The notes under the pieces are model-generated. The model was not told where the DNA came from. It was given only the letters and a program-made list of their open reading frames with translations, and made no database searches. DNA of 64,000 nucleotides from Candidatus Poribacteria bacterium (GTDB lineage: Bacteria > Poribacteria > WGA-4E > WGA-3G), in NCBI GenBank assembly GCA_963663765.2, contig CAXXUA010000006.1, positions 416,001-480,000 of the forward strand, written 5' to 3'. Within the stretch, counting starts at the first letter, position 1; every line of letters begins with the position of its first letter. Below, in pieces: positions 9,295 through 18,526 of this stretch. The position numbers and the translations under genes were made by a program.

Positions 9295-12015
9295 ATGATG
9301 ATATTTTCTAAATGGAATGTGGTTTTATTTATGTTAATGATTACCCTTTCTCTTCCTGCAGAATCGACATCTCAGCAGGAATCACCTGTTCAAGGAAAAA
9401 GGATCCATCGGTCTATTCCTCCGCAGGGAGCAAAGACCCACGTCGTTGTTCCTGCAGAGAGGTTCCGCGCTGGCGGGTTCAAACGTTGGTTCTACGGCAG
9501 TGACTACCGGGATCTCTGGACCACTCCAATTGAAGTTGCGGTCCTTGATCTCGACAGTGTAGGTGGCGGGTTAACTCCGCTTCGCACCGGTGGATTCGGT
9601 CAGTCTGTATCGCTTCATTTTACAGGAGAGGATGGTCGCCGGTATACAGTTCGTTCTCTGGACAAGGATCCTACCAAACGGAGGTGGGAAGAACTCAAGG
9701 ATACAATTGCCGACGATGTCCTTCAAGACCTGATCAGTGCTTTTCTCCCAACAGGTGGACTTGTCGTTGATGCACTGATGGCAGCTACGGGTATCCTCCA
9801 TTCAAAACATACGCTCGTTGTTATTCCGGATGATCCCAGGTTGAAGGAGTATCGCGAAGATTTTGCGGGTCTTATAGGTATGCTGCAGGAACACCCATCC
9901 GAAGGACCGGAAGGTACCCCCGGCTTTGTTGGTTCCCGACAGATCAGTGGAACAGAGAAGTTGTGGGAACATTTAGAAGAAACACCGAGCAATCGCGTTG
10001 ATTCACGAGCTTTTCTAAAGGCGAGACTGATGGATTTTCTCGTCAACGACAGGGACCGGCATCATGGTCAGTGGAGATGGGCGCGGTTCCCTGATGGCGA
10101 AGGTTATACTTGGAAACCAATACCAGAGGATCGAGATCTTGCTTTTGTAGACCTTGATGGGTTCGCCATGGCAATAGCGCGGAGAAGGCTTCCCAAATTT
10201 CTCATTAAATTCGAGGATAAGTATCCGAACTTATCGGGTTTGACAGTTTCTGCTTGGGAACTTGATCGAGAGTTCCTTGTTGAACTTAATAAGGCTGCAT
10301 GGGACTCTGTAGTAACAACATTTTGCAAAGATCTATCGGATCAGGTCATTGAGGATGCAGTCCGAAAACTTCCACACCCGTATTACGAAATGCTCGGGGT
10401 ATCTCTTACGAAGGCTTTAAAATCAAGACGAGACACATTACCTGAATTCGCCAGCAGATATTATAAGTTGATTACCCGTCGTCCAGAAATTCATGCTACC
10501 GATCAGAACGAGTACGTCCAATGTGAACATCTCTCCAATGGAGATTTAGTTGTCCGTATCGGTCTGATAGAAGGTAGTGATGAAGAAAGGATGAAACCTT
10601 ATTTTCAGAGGACATTTCATCCCGATGAGTCTCGAGAAGTCCGAATATACCTTCGAGGTGGAGACGACCGTGCGGAAATATCAGGGACAAAAGGTCGTAT
10701 TTCTGTTCGTATTGATGGTGGCGGTGGAGACGACACCTTTACAAACGCATCCGAAGTTGGTGCTTCAAAGACTCGGTTCTATGATTATCGTGGAAATAAC
10801 ATGTATGTGAAAGGAAAAGGAGCGAAAATTGATGAAAGTCCATACAAGCGTCCTCCTCCACAGATTCTCCTTCCAAATCAAACAAGATATGGCATGGATT
10901 GGGGCATGGAAACGTTTACTTTCCCGATGATTACGGTGAATCCTGATCTGGGTGTGTTTTTGAAGGGGCACAGCAGTTTGCAATATTTCGGTTATCGAAA
11001 ATATCCATATTCCTCGCAGCATTCTTTTGACCTCGGTCTTGCGTCTAATGGTTTTAATCCTTTTGTGTCTTATACTGGCAACTATCGCCATGTCCTGCAC
11101 GATCTCGACGTGAGGGTTCATCTCGAATACTCTGGAATCCAGATGATCCGGTTCAACGGATTTGGCAATAACACTCAGCTTCCAGCTTCTTCATCCTTCT
11201 ATAAGGTAGAACAGAATCATTTTCTCTTTGCGCCATCTTTAAATTTTCATACATATAAGCGTGAAGGAGATGAGCACAGTGATTCTATGGAACCGAGTCG
11301 TTCAGAACTAATCATCCGCTTTGGACCGATCATCAAGTATTCAAACACGTCACCAGATGCTAACAAAGATAGATTCATCAGTTTGTTGGATGAACCGCTT
11401 TACGGTACAGGTTCCTTCGGTCAACTTGGAGCATTTGGTAAAATCATGTATGACACGCGTAACAACCCAGCGTATACCACGCGAGGCTTTTTGGTCAGGA
11501 CTACTGCATCCATCTACCCAAGTGTCTGGGATGTAGAGTCGGTATTTGGCAGCGTAGATGGCGTAATAAGTACTTATGTGACGGCACCTATTCCGACTAA
11601 ACCGACACTGGCTCTGAGGGGCGGTGGTAAGAAAGTATGGGGAACCTATCCTTTTCATGAGAGTGCTTTTCTGGGTGGTCCCGGTTTTGTAGGTATCGGA
11701 TCGTCGGATAGTCATTTACGCGGTTTCCATAAAAATCGATTTGCGGGAGACACCTCACTGTTTGGTAATGTTGAATTGCGGTTGCGTCTCGTGCCGATCA
11801 CGATCATAGTGCCTGGAGAGTTAGGTCTGTTCATTGCAGCTGATGCTGGACGTGTGTTTTTTTCCGAAGATCCTAACGATGCCGACAAATGGCATAGTAG
11901 CATCGGAGGCGGGTTTTGGCTCTCTTTCCTCCGACACCAGCAAACATTGAGTGTTGCAATCGTAAATGGCGATGACTTGACCGGACTGTATCTACGCGCT
12001 GGTTTCATGTTTTAA
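9295..12015 (+). CDS. Secreted outer-membrane protein: N-terminal atypical kinase-like domain plus C-terminal Omp85/BamA-TamA-type beta-barrel
   Basis: Signal-like N-terminus from M at 9295. Motif DFLVNDRDRHHGQWRW...IPEDRD. Barrel motifs LRGF..NRFAG, F.AADAGRV and terminal Phe (AGFMF). Confidence 0.75.
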   Translation: MMIFSKWNVVLFMLMITLSLPAESTSQQESPVQGKRIHRSIPPQGAKTHVVVPAERFRAGGFKRWFYGSDYRDLWTTPIEVAVLDLDSVGGGLTPLRTGGFGQSVSLHFTGEDGRRYTVRSLDKDPTKRRWEELKDTIADDVLQDLISAFLPTGGLVVDALMAATGILHSKHTLVVIPDDPRLKEYREDFAGLIGMLQEHPSEGPEGTPGFVGSRQISGTEKLWEHLEETPSNRVDSRAFLKARLMDFLVNDRDRHHGQWRWARFPDGEGYTWKPIPEDRDLAFVDLDGFAMAIARRRLPKFLIKFEDKYPNLSGLTVSAWELDREFLVELNKAAWDSVVTTFCKDLSDQVIEDAVRKLPHPYYEMLGVSLTKALKSRRDTLPEFASRYYKLITRRPEIHATDQNEYVQCEHLSNGDLVVRIGLIEGSDEERMKPYFQRTFHPDESREVRIYLRGGDDRAEISGTKGRISVRIDGGGGDDTFTNASEVGASKTRFYDYRGNNMYVKGKGAKIDESPYKRPPPQILLPNQTRYGMDWGMETFTFPMITVNPDLGVFLKGHSSLQYFGYRKYPYSSQHSFDLGLASNGFNPFVSYTGNYRHVLHDLDVRVHLEYSGIQMIRFNGFGNNTQLPASSSFYKVEQNHFLFAPSLNFHTYKREGDEHSDSMEPSRSELIIRFGPIIKYSNTSPDANKDRFISLLDEPLYGTGSFGQLGAFGKIMYDTRNNPAYTTRGFLVRTTASIYPSVWDVESVFGSVDGVISTYVTAPIPTKPTLALRGGGKKVWGTYPFHESAFLGGPGFVGIGSSDSHLRGFHKNRFAGDTSLFGNVELRLRLVPITIIVPGELGLFIAADAGRVFFSEDPNDADKWHSSIGGGFWLSFLRHQQTLSVAIVNGDDLTGLYLRAGFMF

Positions 12016-12039
12016 CAGTACACATAGGAGGCATCTCGT

Positions 12040-12975
12040 ATGCTCAACAACATAATTATACGTCTCATTGCTTACTATGCCGCATGGCTTTTAGCTTTGA
12101 ATGGGATTTTTCGCCTCTTTCCGCAAATTCTTTATTACGTTGCCAAAGAGCGTGAACGAATTTTTGTGGGACAAGGATTGGAGGAAGGAGCCGCGGCATC
12201 CGTTCCGATGGGAATCATCCAGGAAGGAGTAGCAAGACTTGTTGATCCGGCACACACCATTCCGGTATTGGTTGCGATGATACTGGCATTTGGGGTTACG
12301 CTACCCATTACCTGGTTATATCGTTGGACGCGACCGCGAAAGAAATACACTCAATCTTTTGTACACACTTTGCTCATAATACCTATCACCATTTCACTGA
12401 TAGTTTTTTTGGTGAAGGGTAGTCTCGCGTTAGCATTCAGCTTGGCAGGAATCGTAGCCGCTATCCGTTTTCGTACCTCACTGGAAGAACCTATTGATTG
12501 TGTATACATGCTGATGGCAATCGGAATAGGTCTCGCAGCTGGCACACAACTTACGACAGTAGCTTATATTGCATCAGTGATTTTTACCTTCCTAATTTTA
12601 GGGGTGTGGAAAACCAATTATGCAGCACTACCCGTAGAAATAACCGGCTGGAAAATTGATAGTATTGATAAATTGGGTAAAGCCTCTATTGACGCGGACA
12701 ACCCTACTAAAGAAGCATATAATACCCAAATTGAAGTGTACACGACGAAGGTCAATGCAGCTAAAAAAGCAACGGCTCTAATTCTTGTACCTAATACTAA
12801 GCGATGGAAGATAACGGATGTGATTAAGAATACGGATGGAACTGACATCGTCGTGTTTGATATTTGGTTAAAGAAAAGCGTTGTCTTGACTACTTTCATC
12901 CAAGATATTGAAGAAAGCGGAAAAGGATATATCAACAACGTAAAACTGACAATGCAAAAACCTAATAGGGTGTAA
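12040..12975 (+). CDS. DUF4956-family membrane protein
   Basis: Motif SLALAFSLAGIVAAIRFRT...AIGIGLAAG. Several TM segments. RBS AGGAGG. Confidence 0.8.
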   Translation: MLNNIIIRLIAYYAAWLLALNGIFRLFPQILYYVAKERERIFVGQGLEEGAAASVPMGIIQEGVARLVDPAHTIPVLVAMILAFGVTLPITWLYRWTRPRKKYTQSFVHTLLIIPITISLIVFLVKGSLALAFSLAGIVAAIRFRTSLEEPIDCVYMLMAIGIGLAAGTQLTTVAYIASVIFTFLILGVWKTNYAALPVEITGWKIDSIDKLGKASIDADNPTKEAYNTQIEVYTTKVNAAKKATALILVPNTKRWKITDVIKNTDGTDIVVFDIWLKKSVVLTTFIQDIEESGKGYINNVKLTMQKPNRV

Positions 12976-12980
12976 CCACA

Positions 12981-13991
12981 ATGCAGAATTACGGAAATAA
13001 ACTCTTAATAGGATTCATCGGTTTCAGTCTTCTTATCTTCTTGTTGGCGAGGGTTTTAAGCGAGAATGATTCAGCAGACTTGAGTAATGAGAAGGTACAT
13101 AACGAGAATGATTCAGCAGACTTGAGTGAAAATGTGTTAATTGCCGATATCGATACTATGATTGATGACCTTCTAGTGGAGAAAAAGGTATCAACACAAA
13201 GGAATATATCTCTCGTAAGCTATAAACTGAAAGAAGAAGACATGACTCAATGGAAGCTGCCCGGACGTCTTGAGGAGATTTCTGGTTTAGCAATGACCGA
13301 GGATGACCGACTCTTGGCTCACAACGATGAAAAAGGTGTTATTCACGAGATCGATTATAGAAATGGGGTCATCGTAAAAGAATTTCAATTAGCGGATATG
13401 AAGGATCCAGTAACCGATGATTTTGAGGGTATTGCAACAGTAAAAGACAAAATATATATGGTTACAAGTTCCGGACGGTTATACGAGTGCAGTGAGGGAA
13501 CTGATGGAGAGTCCGTTTTATATAATATCTATACAACTGGAGTTGGCAGAGATTACGAAATAGAGGGTTTAGCATACGATGTAAATCATCAGGCACTTTT
13601 ACTGATGTGTAAAGAAGCTCGTAGTGAAGACCAAAAAGAACAGTTGGTCATATATTATTGGTCAACAGATGAGAAACAACTTATTGAAGGTGCACATATA
13701 GTCATACCTGTCATTGAATTCTCTCGTCATATTGAGGAAAAGATATTTCAACCTTCCGGTATTGAACGCCACCCTGTTTCAGGAAATTATTTTGTCGTGG
13801 CTGCGCGTCAGAAGGCTATTGCTGAGATTACACCAAAGGGTAAGGTCATTGCAGCTAAGCAGTTTCCTGCTCAGGAACATCGTCAGGCTGAAGGTATAAC
13901 GTTCACCGAGGACAGCACACTCATAATTGCTGATGAGGGTGCGGGTAAAAAAGCAAGACTAACGCTTTATCCGGTTTCCGATAGTCAGTGA
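12981..13991 (+). CDS. SdiA-regulated/YjiK-like beta-propeller protein with an N-terminal anchor
   Basis: Blade motifs LEEISGLA, HNDE, DFEGIA, EIEGLAY, FQPSGI and QAEGITF. Confidence 0.75.
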   Translation: MQNYGNKLLIGFIGFSLLIFLLARVLSENDSADLSNEKVHNENDSADLSENVLIADIDTMIDDLLVEKKVSTQRNISLVSYKLKEEDMTQWKLPGRLEEISGLAMTEDDRLLAHNDEKGVIHEIDYRNGVIVKEFQLADMKDPVTDDFEGIATVKDKIYMVTSSGRLYECSEGTDGESVLYNIYTTGVGRDYEIEGLAYDVNHQALLLMCKEARSEDQKEQLVIYYWSTDEKQLIEGAHIVIPVIEFSRHIEEKIFQPSGIERHPVSGNYFVVAARQKAIAEITPKGKVIAAKQFPAQEHRQAEGITFTEDSTLIIADEGAGKKARLTLYPVSDSQ

Positions 13992-14082
13992 GTTTCCGAC
14001 TTGCCGCAACTTGTACGTCAACGACTAAAGCAAATGTAATGTCCAAACACCGTAATTAACGATAACAACCCACCCTCTTGTG

Positions 14083-15739
14083 CTTTCTTTTACCCATAAG
14101 TTTTCAGCTATAGTGTCTATCAAGGTTGTTTAGCTGGTATTGTTTTGTCCAGCCGCTTGAAAGAGAGCATAGGTGGCAGCAATATCAGAAAGCCTTTTCC
14201 ATCCTCGCCAGATAACAGTCACCCCCGGATTGCCATCGGACTTGCGTGCTAAAAATCCACCGAGTTTAGCAATCCAGACAACGACTTCAGACACTCTCGG
14301 TATTTTTTCGGGTAAAATTTGGGTCTTATGCGTTATACAGTAAAGTGCTTGCCATTCTATCTCTGTCAACACGCTCGTGCAATCTACATCCGGTGAGTGC
14401 CGATTGATGTGGGTCAGCCAGTAAAGTCGCCACGCAATTACACTCAGCAATGCGATATAGCGTTCAAGCCGGTCTTTGGTCTGCAAACGAACTGCCTCCG
14501 CCTTCATCCCAGATTTGAGCACTTTAAAATAAACTTCAATGTGCCAGCGTTGGCGATACCAGCTTATCCTTTCAACCGCATCGGCGAAGTCCGACACTTC
14601 TACATTTGTTATCAGAAGCCATTCCAAGGGCGTAGCACCCTCAGGCGGGTTTTTCTCTACTACCCATACAAGATACACATCTACAGCAGGCAACTCTTGT
14701 GATCGTGATGCTTGTGAACGATGTGGTGGGCGAAGCGTCGCTGTTGTAAAATGGACACTCAAGGTCGCCTCACGAGCAGGTTGAGACGCACGCACTGGCA
14801 CTTGTGCCGTAATCTCGCCAATAACAGGTTGACTTCTCACCAAATCACTCAGTTTACCGACATCAGCAGCAACCACACGATCCTGAGCCGCGCGTATCAC
14901 AAAAGGCAGTTCTTTTGCCTCTACGAAAAACTCGTAAATATCTGCTTCACGATCACACACACAAATCACCTCAACATCTGCTAATGTGTCTGAACGCAAC
15001 GCTGATAATGCCTCAATCCATTTGTAGCTCTCTTTTTCTATGAGCGGTCTGAACTTAGGGGCACTTTGAACGGAGGGTTCGCGAACCCAAACTTTATCTG
15101 TCAGACACCCTAACGGAAGACCCGCATCACTTACAATGAGGGTCGTGTGTTTGACAAGTCCCTGAATCTGTTGAGACTTGGTGCCGATTGAACCTAAACC
15201 CTCTGTTGCTGGGTGATCAGTGTAATTAAGAAAAGTCGTATCTTGTATCGCAAAAACACGACGATTTTTACACATCCGTTCAAGTGTTCTTTCAAAATGC
15301 GGTTTGAATATCTTTTCCGATGAGACTTTTTCATTGTCAATTAAACGATAGGCTGCTTTCACTGACGCCCAATCGCCACACGCAGCGTTGATCGCCGAAC
15401 CGGGTTGTGCCTCTAAAGCCTCCGCAATGCTGAGCAGCCGTTCATTGAGACGCATATCTCCCAAATCAAGACCTTCAAACTCTTGACGGCTCCAAGATGC
15501 AGATAACTCTTGATCGTTTTCAGGATTGTGTAAAGACATCATTCACTCCTATAGCATAAGCGTAATAAATGTTTATCGACTTTGTAAATATCACTTTTGA
15601 ACATAACATATTTGCTTTTGCTATGCAAGGAATATTAGAACTGACTTGAAAACTATACCATCTTTACCAAAACAACAGACATAACTCAACAAAAAAGAAG
15701 ATGTTTACTCAATACATCAAACTTATGGGTAAAAGTAAG
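14083..15739 (-). mobile_element. Intact IS4-family (IS50/Tn5 group) insertion sequence
   Basis: 20-bp TIRs CTT(T/A)CTTTTACCCATAAGTT. 9-bp TSD CCTCTTGTG at 14074-14082 and 15740-15748. Confidence 0.95.
14130..15542 (-). CDS. IS4-family IS50/Tn5-like transposase
   Basis: LGDMRLNERL N-terminus; QDTT; DREAD; YRQRWHIEVYFKVLK (YREK motif); KLGGFLARKSDGNPG dimerisation region. Confidence 0.96.
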   Translation of the reverse strand: MMSLHNPENDQELSASWSRQEFEGLDLGDMRLNERLLSIAEALEAQPGSAINAACGDWASVKAAYRLIDNEKVSSEKIFKPHFERTLERMCKNRRVFAIQDTTFLNYTDHPATEGLGSIGTKSQQIQGLVKHTTLIVSDAGLPLGCLTDKVWVREPSVQSAPKFRPLIEKESYKWIEALSALRSDTLADVEVICVCDREADIYEFFVEAKELPFVIRAAQDRVVAADVGKLSDLVRSQPVIGEITAQVPVRASQPAREATLSVHFTTATLRPPHRSQASRSQELPAVDVYLVWVVEKNPPEGATPLEWLLITNVEVSDFADAVERISWYRQRWHIEVYFKVLKSGMKAEAVRLQTKDRLERYIALLSVIAWRLYWLTHINRHSPDVDCTSVLTEIEWQALYCITHKTQILPEKIPRVSEVVVWIAKLGGFLARKSDGNPGVTVIWRGWKRLSDIAATYALFQAAGQNNTS

Positions 15740-15748
15740 CCTCTTGTG

Positions 15749-16238
15749 GAAGCGCGCCCCTCTTGTGTGAGGAGTTTTCAACCCCGATTTGAGCGGAAAT
15801 GAACTTAAATAATCGGGGTTGCAAACCCCTCCCACAAGAGGTTAAATCCTTAAGTTGACACCTAATGAGTTTTAACGTTCAAGTTGTGTATTCGTAGGGG
15901 CGTGGTCTCCACGCCCGTTCTACACAAACTCACAAACCAAACGGGTTGGGGAACCCAACCCCTACGTATTCAACTACCGATTTTGATTGTCAAAGTTCAT
16001 TAGGTGTCAACTTAAGAAAATATTGTTTGCATATTCTCTTGTGGGAGGGGTTTTGAACCCCGATTTGAGCGGAAATGCACTAAAAAATCGGGGTTCAAAA
16101 CCCCTCCCACAAGAGGTTAATATCCTTAAGTTGACACCTTTATTGTAGGGGCGGGGTTTCCTCGCCCGATTGGAAGTTCGTTTACACGGGCGGGGAGACC
16201 CCGCCCCTACGCACAGTAAAAAAAACTTTACACACCCC
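15749..16238. repeat. Cluster of GTAG/GTGG REP pairs and MITE ends (AGGTGTCAACTTAAG...CTTAAGTTGACACCT at 16002-16139)
   Basis: A ~100-bp duplicated palindrome at 15760-15862 and 16038-16139. REPs GTAGGGGCGGGG. The segment 15940-16008 is an inverted copy of ~8987-9057. Confidence 0.75.
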
Positions 16239-16326
16239 ATGCGCGTGGACGAATACGCGTATGGTATTCGCCATGATTCCACAGGTCGCTCCTACCAATG
16301 TGTCTTGTATCCAACAGAAGGCAAAA

Positions 16327-16731
16327 TTACCAGTTTTTTGCGTTTGCAGCGTATCTTTCACTGAAGTTAGTTGACATCTTGTAGGAGTGTCCTAACAAGG
16401 CTGTAACAGCATCATTTTCACATTTAAAGCATTCAAAGACCCTATTTAATCGCGTCATGACAGTAACGTTTCTGACGTGCTTGTTCATATTAATTACTGC
16501 GATTCTCCCTCCACATGGCAATATCGCTCCAGATATTTTCAAGAGTGTCCCGAGTCCAGCAGCATCTATTTGAGTAACCTTTTGAAAGTCAAACACAAGT
16601 TTTGGTGATAGGGTGCGTCCGCAGACTGTCTTCTTCACAGTTTCCAAAACTTGTTCAGTGCTTGGGGAGATAAATTCTCCCTTCAGTCTAAAAATAACGA
16701 TATCTTCTTTCTCAGATATAGTGATGAACAT
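16327..16731 (-). CDS. STAS-domain protein (anti-sigma-factor antagonist-like)
   Basis: IVIFRLKGEF...LVFDFQKVTQIDAAGLGTLL. The usual phosphoacceptor DSSG appears here as DAAG. Confidence 0.85.
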   Translation of the reverse strand: MFITISEKEDIVIFRLKGEFISPSTEQVLETVKKTVCGRTLSPKLVFDFQKVTQIDAAGLGTLLKISGAILPCGGRIAVINMNKHVRNVTVMTRLNRVFECFKCENDAVTALLGHSYKMSTNFSERYAANAKNW

Positions 16732-17161
16732 AATGTATGTGCCCCAATTCTTAAGTGGAGAATCTCAAGAATCCCCGCTTGAGTAAGAGAATATGTCAAT
16801 TAGAATCCCAATTTGTGAGAACCTTATTTACGATATATATATAAATTATTTTGTACAAGTTGTAGAACGCGTCCTTTAGGTTCTGTGCTTCGCCTCCGTG
16901 TGCACGAATCGCACCTGCATAGGACATCTGGAGAATAAGAATAGGTAACATATAAAAAGAGAAAAGACCGTTGAATATTTGTTTAATTCAAATATCATGT
17001 TTTGTTTCCTCCAATCACATATCAATAGATAAATGGTGTCCTGTGGCGAAATACTGATAAATAGTTTCTATCAAAACAAGAGCATGTAGCAGATAAAGAC
17101 AATAATAGGACATATTTTATCGTATATATGTATTATTATTTATCTGTCCTAATATCAGTAT

Positions 17162-17190
17162 ATTATACTACACGTCAATTTATAAGTCAA
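17162..17190 (-). promoter_or_regulatory. Near-consensus sigma70 promoter TTGACT-N17-TATAAT facing the small ORF and STAS gene
   Basis: Reverse complement of ATTATA (17162-17167) and AGTCAA (17185-17190), with a 17-bp spacer. Confidence 0.6.
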
Positions 17191-17205
17191 ATTAATTCTA
17201 AAGAT

Positions 17206-18265
17206 CAATACCTTCGCCATTTTTGAGTGCTTCAGTTGAATGAGTATATAGTGTTGATCTACCATTGCTCTGTGAGTTTGTTAGGATTACATAAATAATA
17301 ATAATAACTTCAGGTTTTCGTTGAAGTATTTTTAATTATCATAGCGTCTAATTTGACGATAGAATCTGACAGAATAATTTATATGCACAATCTGGAAGAA
17401 TGTGCTACAACTGACCACACAATCTGGATGAAGATTAATTTATTAATCGGGTAATAAATATTTTTCAGTTGGTAGGCGCGGTTTGTAAGCGCGCTCTTGG
17501 GACTTGATGTGCCAGCGCGCTTACAAAGCACGCCTGCAGTTGGGGGCGCGCTTACAAAGCACGCCTGCAGTTGGGGGCGCGCTTACAAAGCACGCCTGCA
17601 GTTGGGGGCGCGCTGACAAAGCACGCCTGCAGTTGGGGGCGCGCTTACAAAGCACGCATGCAGTTGGGGGCGCGCTTACAAAGCACGCCTGCAATTGGGG
17701 GCGCGCTTACAAAGCACGCCTGCAATTGGGGGCGCGCTTACAAAGCACGCCTGCAATTGGGGGCGCGCTTACAAAGCACGCCTGCAGTTGGGGGCGCGCT
17801 TACAAAGCACGCCTGCAGTTGGGGGCGCGCTGACAAAGCACGCCTGCAGTTGGGGGCGCGCTGACAAAGCACGCCTGCAGTTGGGGGCGCGCTTACAAAG
17901 CACGCCTGCAGTTGGGGGCGCGCTTACAAAGCACGCCTGCAGTTGGGGGCGCGCTGACAAAGCACGCCTGCAGTTGGGGGCGCGCTTACAAAGCACGCCT
18001 GCAGTTGGGGGCGCGCTGACAAAGCACGCCTGCAGTTGGGGGCGCGCTGACAAAGCACGCCTGCAGTTGGGGGCGCGCTTACAAAGCACGCCTGCAGTTG
18101 GGGGCGCGCTGACAAAGCACGCCTGCAGTTGGGGGCGCGCTTACAAAGCACGCCTACCGTGGCCGGATTAGCAGAATTACCCAAAGTATTTTTTAATCTT
18201 CATGAAGATTGTGCTACAACTGACCGCACAATCTGACAGAATGTCTATTATTGGCGAAGGTATTC
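17206..18265. mobile_element. MITE family A, copy 2, with a nested element (ATGAAGATTAA...TTAATCTTCAT, 17428-18203)
   Basis: TIRs as in copy 1. TSD (C)TAAAGAT on both sides. Confidence 0.9.
17515..18157 (+). repeat. 31-bp tandem array GCGCGCTTACAAAGCACGCCTGCAGTTGGGG, about 21 copies, REP-derived
   Basis: Period of 31 (17520 to 18140). The last unit ends in the REP form CGCCTAC. Confidence 0.97.
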
Positions 18266-18526
18266 TAAAGATAATTAGCGGTTTTATCCGCGTAATCTGT
18301 GTAATCCGTGATTCTGTCTGACAAAGAGTGAGTCAACTCGCAAAAATAAGCTAACTCAAGGATCAACAACAGTGATAGAATTTACTCAATTAAATGAAAA
18401 CTGAATAACCCTGATTATTGAACGGAAAACTTGATTTGTACAAGTGATCTTTGATATAATAGTGATACAATTCAAACTCGGTGCGTGATAGGTTATGCCA
18501 TTGAGTTTAGGAGTTTGTCAATATCA

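Noticed and set aside
13061-13127. Short in-frame duplication (ENDSADLS twice); also FRGRS twice at ~52136-52165
   Set aside because: Ordinary local slippage in linker regions.
16769-16799. GAATCCCCGC...TATGTCAA resembling an IS200/IS605 right end
   Set aside because: The hairpin is broken and there is no tnpA/tnpB or left end; too degenerate to call.
17504-18184. Repetitive ORFs on both strands (also at 30079-30856)
   Set aside because: They arise from REP-derived tandem arrays.
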